DNA of 64,000 nt from assembly GCA_001778495.1 (NCBI GenBank), contig MFHE01000007.1:3996-67995 (forward strand). Reading direction: 5' to 3'. The position numbers were made by a program, and so were the translations under genes. Source of the stretch: Candidatus Giovannonibacteria bacterium RIFCSPHIGHO2_01_FULL_45_24 (GTDB taxonomy: Bacteria; Patescibacteriota; Minisyncoccia; UBA11713; 2-01-FULL-45-33). Below, piece after piece: positions 18,786-27,319 of this stretch. Below the pieces are notes generated by a model, which saw nothing but the letters and a program-made list of their open reading frames with translations, ran no database searches and was not told where the DNA came from. How positions within the stretch are numbered: the first letter of the stretch is position 1; the number at the start of each line of letters is the position of its first letter.

Positions 18786-19467
18786 ATATCATAAACCCCT
18801 GCCTTATAAGTTCAAGAGTGGCGAGGAAACTCACTATTACTTCTACTTTACTTTGTTTCTCGTCTCCGCCGGAGGCGCTGGTTCTGGCCAGGCCTATGGC
18901 GGAAAAAGTAAATTCCATGAATTTGTTGATGCGCTCGCGAAGCTCCGCCATTTTTTCTTCCATTGAAACGGTTTTTGCCAAGGCCTCCTCCGGCAGGAAC
19001 TCTTTTTGCGGAACGGCCCCCAAAATCTCAACCAGAGTTTTTTTAAGGACTGCCGGAGTCAGCCCTTCCGGCGGAAAAAACACTGCTGACATTCCGGCGT
19101 AGGCCTCTCTTCCGAAAAGATGCAGATTCTCCTTATTTAAATCTTTAATATGCAAAGAAAGTTCTTTAAAAAACTTATATGTTCTTAACCTGTTTTCCAG
19201 CTCATGGATATCCAATTCTTCCTCCTCTGAAAGTTTAATCCCGGGAATCAGCGAGTGGGATTTTATCAGCATTAAGGTTGAGGCGATTACCAAAAACTCC
19301 GCCAATTCCTCTTTCGGCATTTCTTCCAAAGACTTTAAATGCGCAATATACTGCTCCGCGATTTTTGCGAGCGAAATTTCATTTATGGAAAGCTTGTCTT
19401 CCTCAACAAGGTTCAAAAGCAAATCCAGCGGCCCCGAAAATTTTTCTAAGGTTATCTGATACGCCAT
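18730..19467 (-). CDS. scpA: Segregation and condensation protein A
   Basis: 245 aa. LEKFSGPLDLLLNLVEEDKLSINEISLAKIAEQY is the canonical ScpA N-terminus. Confidence 0.9.
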   Translation of the reverse strand: MAYQITLEKFSGPLDLLLNLVEEDKLSINEISLAKIAEQYIAHLKSLEEMPKEELAEFLVIASTLMLIKSHSLIPGIKLSEEEELDIHELENRLRTYKFFKELSLHIKDLNKENLHLFGREAYAGMSAVFFPPEGLTPAVLKKTLVEILGAVPQKEFLPEEALAKTVSMEEKMAELRERINKFMEFTFSAIGLARTSASGGDEKQSKVEVIVSFLATLELIRQGFMIFEQKKLFGNIELKKNNNE

Positions 19468-20931
19468 TTAATCTGCTGTTTTTATGTGAAGTTCTCTAAG
19501 CTGCTTTTTTGAAATCTCCGAGGGCGAGTCCATCATCAGATCCCGACCGTCGCCGGTTTTCGGAAACGCGATCACCTCGCGGATGCTTGGCTCCTGCTCC
19601 AAAATCATAACTAGCCGGTCAACCCCCGAGGCGATCCCGCCGTGCGGCGGGACGCCGTATTCAAAAGATTCCAAAAGATGTCCGAACTGGCGGCGGATGT
19701 CTTCTTTTTTGTTGCCCATAATCTCAAAAACTTTCTCCAGAATTTCGGGATTATGCTCGCGGATTGACCCCCCGCCGATCTCGCATCCGTTCAGCACAAA
19801 ATCGTATTGATAAGCCATTAATCTGCCTGCATTTTCTTTTCGAATTTCGTGCTCCGGATTTCGGATTTTCGTGAATGGGTGGTGCACAGCATCCCACCTT
19901 TTCTCCGCGTCTTTCCATTCAAACATCGGAAAATCCACGATAAACGCGAAGGCAAGCTCATTAGGGTTATTCTTGTCTTTCCGCAAATCCGGCTTGTCCG
20001 TGCCGTATTTGTCCATCGCCTCTTTGCAAGTAAGCCGCGGGAACGGCCTTTGGGAGATTTTTTTATCCGGATAAAGCGTTTCAATAATGTCTGCGTAAAG
20101 TTCTTCGGTAAGAGCCAAAATTTCTTCCTGGCTCGCGAAGCTCATTTCCAAATCAAGTTGAGTGAATTCCGGCTGGCGGTCGCCTCTCGTATCCTCGTCC
20201 CTGAAACATCTTGCTATCTGAAAATATCTCTCAATCCCGGCAACCATCAAAAGCTGTTTATATTGCTGGGGAGATTGCGGAAGCGCGTAAAACTTTCCCG
20301 GATGAAGCCGCGACGGGACCACATAATCTCTCGCGCCTTCAGGAGTAGACTTTGTCAAAATCGGCGTTTCAATTTCTATAAAATCTTTTTTATGCAAATA
20401 ATCTCTGATGAAAGAAATTATTTTATCGCGCATCGTTAAATTTTTTAAGAGCCGCGGCCTTCTTAAATCCAAATAGCGGTATTTCAGGCGATTGTCCTCG
20501 CCTATCTCACGGCCGTCGCTTAAAACGTCGAACGGGGACGTTTTGGCTTCACTTAAAATCTTTAATCTGGTTGCCTGTATTTCAATTTTGCCGGTAGCTA
20601 ATTCTAGATTTTCCATACCCTTTGGGCGCTCTTTAACTATTCCATCGATTTCAACCACCCATTCTGGACGCAATTTATCAGCTAAAACAAAATCGCGGGA
20701 GATATCCGGAATTTTAGTCAGCTCTCCCGAAGACGGCATTCCTGAAAAAACAACCTGCACAACCCCCCATCTGTCCCGAAGGTCAATAAAAATAATCTTG
20801 CCGTGGTCGCGCCTCCCAGCCACCCAGCCCATCAACGTAATCTCCTCGCCTATTTTATTTACCGCGTCTTTGGCCAGAGTGCGCATGTTGATAAGCATAG
20901 CATAATCAGAGCGCGCTAAGAAATTGCTCAT
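19468..20931 (-). CDS. aspS: Aspartyl-tRNA synthetase (bacterial-type core, no GAD insertion)
   Basis: Contains FRDEDTRGDRQPEFTQLDLEMSF, GGGSIREH and GIASGVDRL. The likely true start is the internal MLINMRT or MRT, which would remove the overlap with the kinase gene. Confidence 0.95.
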   Translation of the reverse strand: MSNFLARSDYAMLINMRTLAKDAVNKIGEEITLMGWVAGRRDHGKIIFIDLRDRWGVVQVVFSGMPSSGELTKIPDISRDFVLADKLRPEWVVEIDGIVKERPKGMENLELATGKIEIQATRLKILSEAKTSPFDVLSDGREIGEDNRLKYRYLDLRRPRLLKNLTMRDKIISFIRDYLHKKDFIEIETPILTKSTPEGARDYVVPSRLHPGKFYALPQSPQQYKQLLMVAGIERYFQIARCFRDEDTRGDRQPEFTQLDLEMSFASQEEILALTEELYADIIETLYPDKKISQRPFPRLTCKEAMDKYGTDKPDLRKDKNNPNELAFAFIVDFPMFEWKDAEKRWDAVHHPFTKIRNPEHEIRKENAGRLMAYQYDFVLNGCEIGGGSIREHNPEILEKVFEIMGNKKEDIRRQFGHLLESFEYGVPPHGGIASGVDRLVMILEQEPSIREVIAFPKTGDGRDLMMDSPSEISKKQLRELHIKTAD

Positions 20932-22576
20932 TGTCCTCTTGAAAATCGTATCTGACAGGCAGCTCCACGAAAAACGTGCTTCCTTTGCCTAGACCCTGCG
21001 ACTCCGCCCAAATCCGGCCTCTGTGGTCGTCAATGATTTTTTTGACGAAATAAAGACCTATGCCCATGCCGTCGGGCCGCTCCTTTTTGGCTATCTCCGT
21101 GCGGCCGAATTTTTGAAAAAGCCGCGGCATCTCGTCTCCGGGCATGCCGAAGCCCCTGTCGGCCACCGCCAGCAGCATGCTTTTGGCTTTGGGCGTTAAA
21201 GTCACGACAATCGGCCCGATTTCTGAATATTTAAACGCGTTATCCAACAAATTTATAACGACTTCGCGCAGCTTATCGGCGTCTCCATATACGCTGAAAG
21301 TCCTATTATTCTTATTTACAAATTCTACAGCAATACTCTTCCCGTCGGACACCTGCTTAAACTCTTTCACGACTTCCTCAATAATATTGTCAAAATAAAT
21401 CTTTTTAAATTCGTATTTTAACCTGCCGGACTCAATCCGGGAAAGGTCCAAGAGTTCCGACACCAATTTCGTCAAATTATTGGCGGCCGCGAAAACTTTC
21501 CACATCGGCGCAAGAGCTTTTTTGCTTATTTCTCCGAAAGTCCCTTCTATGAGCATGGAGGTATAGCCCTTAATCACGGTGAGCGGAGTTCTTAACTGAT
21601 GCCCCGCCAGCGAAATAAACTCCGATTTCGCCTCGTCAAGCTTCCGCAATTTCTCGTTAACCGCCTCCAAATCCTTGGCCAATTTCTCAATTTCTTCGCG
21701 CGATTTAATTTCCTGCAACACGCTGCGAACTAGCAAGATGCCAAAAACAATGATGATCGCAAAGACAAATATATCAATGACCGCTTCGTTTAAAGACGGG
21801 GCCACAAAAATTTTAGAGAATAAAACTATCCAAAGTATTGCAACAATGGCTTCGGCAGCGAAAACTTTGGTGTTGAAAAGGCGATGTTTTACGATGGCGT
21901 AAGCGGTCATACCAAAAAATATCATTGTGTAAAGCGGCGCGAACAACAAAAATCTCCCCGAGTTAAAAAAAATAATTGGGACGAGTATAGTAGCTATTAT
22001 TAAAGTGAGCATTAAAAGCATCCCTGCGCACACCAATTTAAGCTGCTGTCTTTCTTGGCCGGCGGAATTTTTGAATTTTTTAAACAAATAGTATACCGCC
22101 AACGCGCTGAATAAAGTTGATACTACGGCGAATGGCACCAATCCTGCGCCTGGCCTCAACCGCACCGCCCCTTCCACAAATTCTGCTTCCACAAAAGCAT
22201 AGGGAGAAATGTTTAAAACCAGCATGATCAGAGTAGAAATAATCACCAAGACAAATGCCGGCTTATTCAACCGTATTTTATCTGCAGGGAAAGTGTGGGC
22301 TAGCATAAAAAAAAGTGCGCTCATAAGAGCGGCAAAAAAAATCCCCAAGCGCGAAAGCAATAAGACACTTGAAGAAAATTCCGGCGAGCGAACTGCGTAA
22401 GTTATCGCCAGCCATATCATGGTGGATAAATTCAGCAAGGCGAAAATTTTATTTGTTGCGCTTTTAGGATTGCTGCGGCTGACCAAAACTATTAAAAGCG
22501 CGTCAACGACAACGACAATAAGGAATATAATGAGATCTAAAGAAAATATATACAGCTGCGTTGCCAATGTATTCAT
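20906..22576 (-). CDS. Sensor histidine kinase with polytopic N-terminal domain
   Basis: 556 aa with roughly 8 hydrophobic helices. H-box SLAGHQLRTPLTVIKGY and HATPase motifs (DNAFKY, DRGFGM, GMGIGL). No response regulator gene is adjacent. Confidence 0.85.
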   Translation of the reverse strand: MNTLATQLYIFSLDLIIFLIVVVVDALLIVLVSRSNPKSATNKIFALLNLSTMIWLAITYAVRSPEFSSSVLLLSRLGIFFAALMSALFFMLAHTFPADKIRLNKPAFVLVIISTLIMLVLNISPYAFVEAEFVEGAVRLRPGAGLVPFAVVSTLFSALAVYYLFKKFKNSAGQERQQLKLVCAGMLLMLTLIIATILVPIIFFNSGRFLLFAPLYTMIFFGMTAYAIVKHRLFNTKVFAAEAIVAILWIVLFSKIFVAPSLNEAVIDIFVFAIIIVFGILLVRSVLQEIKSREEIEKLAKDLEAVNEKLRKLDEAKSEFISLAGHQLRTPLTVIKGYTSMLIEGTFGEISKKALAPMWKVFAAANNLTKLVSELLDLSRIESGRLKYEFKKIYFDNIIEEVVKEFKQVSDGKSIAVEFVNKNNRTFSVYGDADKLREVVINLLDNAFKYSEIGPIVVTLTPKAKSMLLAVADRGFGMPGDEMPRLFQKFGRTEIAKKERPDGMGIGLYFVKKIIDDHRGRIWAESQGLGKGSTFFVELPVRYDFQEDNEQFLSAL

Positions 22577-23637
22577 CTCTTTTCTGTAAGCATGGAAAGC
22601 TCTGGATATACGCGCGAAGAACGGGCGCTTGGCTCGCCATCGCTCCCGATTCTAAAAAGCATGGAAATTGTGCCCGAAGAAACGCCAAGTGCGTTTTGAA
22701 TTTCAAAATAAGTTTTTTTTACGGCTTCATTGTGGGCTTTTGAAAGAGTCGCCGTATCACCGGAAAAAACGCGTTGCGCCAAATAAATCACCCCGGCAAA
22801 CGGGTGCATGCTTAATCCCATTTTTGCGCTTTCAAGCCATATTCTTTGAAAAACCCTCCCGGCGGCAATAAAATCTTTATCCGTGTCCGCCGTGATAATC
22901 GCCCCGAAAGCCGCCCCCGAAGAATATATTTTTGAGTTTTCTTTCGCTATAAACCTTGAAAGGCCTAGGATGTTAAGGGCGCTGGAGACGCTCCAAAAAC
23001 GGAGCAGTTTGAACATTAATAATTGCAACGGCTTAAGTTCAAATGTTTTGATATACAGCCCGGACCGTTCGCGCAGTTCTTCTTGCTCCGTCCAGCGCAC
23101 GTGATTAAAAAAATATGCGTGCAAAGCGCGGTGTTCCAATATAATCCGCTCCGCCAAACTCACCGCCCGGGCAAGCGCTTCCCGCTTGGGCCTTTCCTCC
23201 GCAAGAATAAATTTAACCCCGAATTCTTTGGCGGTTTCCATAAAAATATTTTTTTGTTCCGCGGTAAGCGGTGTATCGGCGTACGGCTTACGATTAGTCG
23301 CCCGCGAAAAAATGCAAGGATAAAGAGGGTTATTTTTCGGAGCAGACGAGCTAAACGCGATTTCCGCGACTAAATTCGGGTCTCCGCCTGGAAACAACGA
23401 AATCTGCGTGGAGTAGCCGTGCGTTTCCGAAGCAATGATAACATTTTCAATAAGCGCGCCGTGCGCCACGTACGCGCCGCGCTGGCGGAAATTAAAAACC
23501 GGATTATCTTTATCAGGAAGATTGAAAATACAAAGAGTGTTATCGTTTTTTAATAAAAACCGCCAAGGCTGCGAGTTGTCGCCGGAAGGGGCGCGCACCG
23601 CGGCTTTGATAATATTATTTATGATTTCTGTTGGCAT
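22573..23637 (-). CDS. Acg/Rv2032-type two-lobed nitroreductase-family protein
   Basis: 354 aa. N-terminal AAVRAPSGDNSQPWRFLL motif, with size and layout like the Acg-family putative FMN oxidoreductases. The stop overlaps the kinase start by 4 nt. Confidence 0.8.
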   Translation of the reverse strand: MPTEIINNIIKAAVRAPSGDNSQPWRFLLKNDNTLCIFNLPDKDNPVFNFRQRGAYVAHGALIENVIIASETHGYSTQISLFPGGDPNLVAEIAFSSSAPKNNPLYPCIFSRATNRKPYADTPLTAEQKNIFMETAKEFGVKFILAEERPKREALARAVSLAERIILEHRALHAYFFNHVRWTEQEELRERSGLYIKTFELKPLQLLMFKLLRFWSVSSALNILGLSRFIAKENSKIYSSGAAFGAIITADTDKDFIAAGRVFQRIWLESAKMGLSMHPFAGVIYLAQRVFSGDTATLSKAHNEAVKKTYFEIQNALGVSSGTISMLFRIGSDGEPSARSSRVYPELSMLTEKR

Positions 23638-23643
23638 ATTTGT

Positions 23644-24624
23644 TTATATTCTCATCGAAACACATTTTAGCCCGGCTGCTTTAATCAATTTCAATATCGA
23701 TCTGTTCCAATCGGATATTTTAGTTAATTTAAGCTCCGGCCCGTCCGCAACATTTTTATCTATGACGGCGCGCAATTTTTCTCTTGTAAGATCAAACCCT
23801 TTTATTTTACCATTTTTGGAAATAAAATCGCCAAGCCTCCTTAGATTCAGCGTGGATTTTGGCAGAGCTTTTTCCTTTACAATTTTTCTTAAAAGAGACA
23901 AAAGCTGGGCTTTATCCAAAAAATAACTCGGGAATTTATAAGTATAAATATTTCTGTCTATTTTAATTGAGTTTTTACCGATATGGAGAGTCTTGTACGA
24001 CTGAGTAAAGTGCGGAGAGATTTTGATTCCGCCCTTTTTAATCGTCAGCGCGTCTGCTATAAGCTTCTTGCTTATAATCCCTGTAGCATATTTAAAGGGC
24101 AATTTTCTTTTAAAACTATCCAGCATAAATGTGTAGGATATAATCGCAAAACAAATTGCTGTATATTTGTGCCGCGTGTATAACGGGACACCGCACATTC
24201 TGGAAGTGGAAACTATGTGTTTCCAAAAGGATTTCCGTCCTCCAAAAAGTTTCTTGCGCGCTATGACTGACAGCGACCTGCCGTTGGAATAGTATATTTC
24301 AATCTCGCCGCCGCCTAAGGGCTTCCCGTCATTGGGAGTAAATCTGAAGCTTAGCCATTCTTCATAAGCTCCTTTTTTGGCCCTAACCAAATAGATGGCG
24401 GATTTGCCGTCGTATCTATCAATCAGCGGCCTTTTGCCATACCTGTAATAAGACCTGCGCAAAATTAAAAGTATTTTACGCAGCTTTTTATCTAGCCAGC
24501 GAGAGTTATGCAAGTCTTTGGCTTTATACGCGCTGAAGGAAACTCCCCTTGCGTTGCAGAAAAAATCCGGCTTTGTAAGGCCGCGCGATATGCTTTTTAC
24601 TTTATTTAAATAGCGATCCTGCAT
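23644..24624 (-). CDS. Orphan Lys/Arg-rich 326-aa protein inside the E1-nitroreductase operon
   Basis: Long ORF overlapped by 19 nt with the upstream E1-like gene. By eye there is only a weak resemblance to FeeM/LuxI-like GNAT acyltransferases (RYDGKSAIYLV...WLSFRF...VSTSRMCG). Confidence 0.6.
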   Translation of the reverse strand: MQDRYLNKVKSISRGLTKPDFFCNARGVSFSAYKAKDLHNSRWLDKKLRKILLILRRSYYRYGKRPLIDRYDGKSAIYLVRAKKGAYEEWLSFRFTPNDGKPLGGGEIEIYYSNGRSLSVIARKKLFGGRKSFWKHIVSTSRMCGVPLYTRHKYTAICFAIISYTFMLDSFKRKLPFKYATGIISKKLIADALTIKKGGIKISPHFTQSYKTLHIGKNSIKIDRNIYTYKFPSYFLDKAQLLSLLRKIVKEKALPKSTLNLRRLGDFISKNGKIKGFDLTREKLRAVIDKNVADGPELKLTKISDWNRSILKLIKAAGLKCVSMRI

Positions 24625-25643
24625 AACTCTTCTAGATTAAGCTTATATTTGCCAGAGGCCAGGTTTTCTTTGTTGGCTATTAATCTCACGGCGCGAGCTA
24701 CGGCCGCTCCGCTTATTTTCGCCCCAGTAGCAAGCTGGGAAACTCCCGATAAAGTTTTTCCAATTTCGGCCAAAGATATTTTCAATCTTTCAACTAGATA
24801 GTCAGCGCCGATTATTTTTATTGCCATCTCAACCCATTGTCGCCTGCTCAAACCAGCCAAATCCTCAATTTTTAAATTGCCCAAAAGTCCATGGAATGGC
24901 GGGTAATTTCGGTCCAGATCATACCGCTCAACGTCAAGTATCACGCCTTCTCCGTTATCAGTTGCCATTAAAATTGGTATTCCATTTTTAGCACAAATAA
25001 TTCTTGATAAAAATTTCATTTCCAAATCGTCCATCTCGTCAATAAAAATATCCAGTTTCGGCTCGCCCGATATAAATTCCTCTATATTATTTTTATTGAT
25101 TCCTCCATCCAAACAATATATTTCCGCGAAAGGGTCTAGCTCCCATATTTGTTTCGCGGTAATTTCCGTCTTCTCGCTGCCAACATCAAGCAAGGTTGCT
25201 TTTATGCGATTAAGGTTAGTCAGTTCTACAACGTCCGGGTCTGCGATCTTTAAAATTTTAGGGCCACCGGTGCCGCTTAGAACTTCGGCGATGGCGGAGC
25301 CGACGGATAATCCGGCGGTGCCGATTTTGACGTTGCGGTAATTTCTTTGCTCGTCTTCGGTGATAATATTGCGATTGCGCGCGGTGCGCAGTTTAAAATA
25401 GAGTTCCTCCGGCAAAGTATGCACAACGGCGTTTTTCCATGGATAGTAAATCCAAACACCCTTGATGCCGTGATTTTTTAAAAAATCTTCCAGGGGCGCC
25501 TTGGCCTCGGGCATGCTCTTTTTCAGGTTAGGACGTTCTACAAAAAAAAGCTCCTCCAGCGCGCCGGAAAATGCGTCAATCTCTTTCGCTCCCGCCGGGG
25601 TTTCTTCTTGACTATTAAAAACTTTGGGCTTCTCTAAAGCCAT
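24606..25643 (-). CDS. ThiF/MoeB/E1-like adenylyltransferase, Rv1355c(MoeY)-N-terminal type
   Basis: 345 aa. WIYYPWKNAVVHTLPEELYFKLRTARNRNIIT, Rossmann loop VKIGTAGLSVGSAIAEVL, ADPDVVELTNLNR, and DEMDDLEMK. Confidence 0.8.
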   Translation of the reverse strand: MALEKPKVFNSQEETPAGAKEIDAFSGALEELFFVERPNLKKSMPEAKAPLEDFLKNHGIKGVWIYYPWKNAVVHTLPEELYFKLRTARNRNIITEDEQRNYRNVKIGTAGLSVGSAIAEVLSGTGGPKILKIADPDVVELTNLNRIKATLLDVGSEKTEITAKQIWELDPFAEIYCLDGGINKNNIEEFISGEPKLDIFIDEMDDLEMKFLSRIICAKNGIPILMATDNGEGVILDVERYDLDRNYPPFHGLLGNLKIEDLAGLSRRQWVEMAIKIIGADYLVERLKISLAEIGKTLSGVSQLATGAKISGAAVARAVRLIANKENLASGKYKLNLEELCRIAI

Positions 25644-25681
25644 ACAGCTTTATTTTAGCATAATTTTTAATGTAGCAAAAC

Positions 25682-25709
25682 AAAAAAAGCCCCCGAAGGT
25701 CAAGGGGGC
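25682..25709 (-). terminator. Intrinsic terminator of the traT-like gene
   Basis: On the minus strand this reads GCCCCCttgaccttcGGGGGC followed by ttttttt. It lies directly after the stop at 25735. Confidence 0.75.
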
Positions 25710-25734
25710 ATGCCGGGAACAAGCTTGCTTGCGT

Positions 25735-26490
25735 TTAGTTGAGCATCCCGGCGATGCTCTCCGTGATTCGCCTGATAAGAGCTGGCTTGGCCGTCTCAAA
25801 ATCCAAATTAACTTGGGTGGCTGTTGCGCTCAAACGGTTGCGGTATATAAGCCGATCGCTGTCGTAAGCGCCGGTATCCTGCTGAACGCTACTGCCCGTG
25901 CCCTGCTGGATTCTGGCTGTTTGTCTTTCAGTCACGGATCGCCCGGTCTTTTCTGATATTTGAATGTCGACGATAACTGCGTACACAACTTTCTTAACCA
26001 GCTCCCCTGCAATCCATTCTGCCGCCTGACCAATCGCGCCGCCGATGAAACCGCCCACAAAAGGTGCGTTGGGGCTATTACTCGCCAACCCTCCGATAAT
26101 TGCGCCGGCACCGGCGCCGAGAATTGGTCCGCCGTAGCTGGCATGCATCGCTTCCTGAATCGCCGGCGTGGAAGCGTCTCCCAAATAGCGAACATTTGAC
26201 TGAAGCCAGATATTCGCCTCTTCCGGGTCGCTTACCACTTTGTAGCCCTTGGCGTTCATCAGTCCAGCTAAATCGCTAAGTTTAACGTCCATCCCGCTGG
26301 TGTCTCCGAGCTCTATCCAGACGATTTTTTGAGACGCCGGAATCGGCTTCCTAAACACCGTCTCTGCTAGCCGCGCTTGGACGCTTAAATCCTTGTAGCG
26401 TAGCGCCGTAGACATAGCAGCGCAACCGCTCACAAGCAACGCATAAGCCGTCAACGCAAAAACCAACAAAAACCATTTCCATCGCTTCAT
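25735..26490 (-). CDS. traT: TraT-like surface-exclusion/complement-resistance lipoprotein
   Basis: 251 aa. Lipobox LLVSGCAAMSTAL, Gly-rich middle, VDIQISEKT, and C-terminal VNLDFETAKPALIRRITESIAGML; it aligns by eye along its whole length with F-plasmid TraT. Strong SD (AAGGAGGG). Visibly GC-richer than its neighbours. Confidence 0.8.
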   Translation of the reverse strand: MKRWKWFLLVFALTAYALLVSGCAAMSTALRYKDLSVQARLAETVFRKPIPASQKIVWIELGDTSGMDVKLSDLAGLMNAKGYKVVSDPEEANIWLQSNVRYLGDASTPAIQEAMHASYGGPILGAGAGAIIGGLASNSPNAPFVGGFIGGAIGQAAEWIAGELVKKVVYAVIVDIQISEKTGRSVTERQTARIQQGTGSSVQQDTGAYDSDRLIYRNRLSATATQVNLDFETAKPALIRRITESIAGMLN

Positions 26491-26552
26491 TTTTCGGCCC
26501 TCCTTTTCTATAAATACTCTCTAAATACACCTTAGCACAAGCTGCCCGGATA

Positions 26553-26581
26553 TTGCAAGGGCCGCAAAAATCGTGTAGAAT
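26553..26581 (+). promoter_or_regulatory. Sigma70-like promoter for tRNA-Lys
   Basis: TTGCAA-N17-TAGAAT, ending 26 nt before the tRNA 5' end. Confidence 0.5.
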
Positions 26582-26607
26582 TAGTTAAATCCGCCCAAAT
26601 TAAACAA

Positions 26608-26680
26608 CCGCCCATAGCTCAATTGGCAGAGCAGCTCCCTTTTAAGGAGAAGGTTCCAGGTTCGATTCCTGGTGGGCGGA
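26608..26680 (+). tRNA. tRNA-Lys (anticodon UUU)
   Basis: Hand-folded cloverleaf. Acceptor CCGCCCA/TGGGCGG, D arm GCTC-AATTGGCA-GAGC, anticodon loop CTTTTAA, T arm CCAGG-TTCGATT-CCTGG, discriminator A. CCA is not encoded. Confidence 0.9.
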
Positions 26681-26708
26681 CACTTTAGAAATATGCTAAA
26701 ATAAAATC

Positions 26709-26843
26709 ATGAAAAAGCGCGTAAGAAAAGGGGCGCGGTATTTTCACGGCGATGATTTAACCAAAAAAGCGCTGGATAGAAAGCGCCGCTCCAAAACCGA
26801 AAAATGGGAGCGCCGCCCGCTGCGCTCCCGCAAGGCCCGCTAA
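26709..26843 (+). CDS. Possible 44-aa highly basic peptide
   Basis: ATG..TAA ORF encoding MKKRVRKGARYFHGDDLTKKALDRKRRSKTEKWERRPLRSRKAR. It fills an otherwise empty gap, has no SD, and is below the ORF-track cutoff. Confidence 0.25.
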   Translation: MKKRVRKGARYFHGDDLTKKALDRKRRSKTEKWERRPLRSRKAR

Positions 26844-26844
26844 A

Positions 26845-27312
26845 TTAAAGAAAAAGAACGCCGAAGATGGGGAGGATAAACCACAATTTGGCGTAGGCGG
26901 AAGAGGCAAAAACTTGCAGAACCCACGGCGAGAGGTTTAAGATGTTGTTTTTTATAACGTCTTCCGGAGCAAGTTTTATTATAGACGCGACAAAAAATCC
27001 GGCGGCTAAAATTGATAAAACCAAAATCTCCCACCAAAGCCCGCCGTAATACCCCGCCGCGCCCCTGAAAGAGCGTATTAAAAAGAGCGCAAGCAACAAA
27101 AGAAGCGCCAGAAAAATTCCGGCGCGGAACATAAAAATCTCATCAATTGGGATGTAAGGGAAAATAACAAGCAGGGCATAGAGAGCCAAAATTCCCAAAG
27201 CCATCTTTTTCTTTCCGCCGGAAATGCCCCAAAAAAATCCAGCGGCCACCAGCATAAACACCAAAACGGCGTCCCAAGCCGGGTTTTTAATTAAAGACAA
27301 AAAAGATTGCAT
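26845..27312 (-). CDS. Hypothetical polytopic membrane protein
   Basis: 155 aa with 4-5 hydrophobic helices. No family recognised. Confidence 0.55.
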   Translation of the reverse strand: MQSFLSLIKNPAWDAVLVFMLVAAGFFWGISGGKKKMALGILALYALLVIFPYIPIDEIFMFRAGIFLALLLLLALFLIRSFRGAAGYYGGLWWEILVLSILAAGFFVASIIKLAPEDVIKNNILNLSPWVLQVFASSAYAKLWFILPIFGVLFL

Positions 27313-27319
27313 AAAGATA

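Noticed and set aside
26591-26597. CCGCCCA, repeating the tRNA-Lys 5' acceptor sequence 17 nt upstream, considered as a possible att remnant.
   Set aside because: It is only 7 bp, it is at the 5' rather than the 3' end of the tRNA, and no integrase is present.
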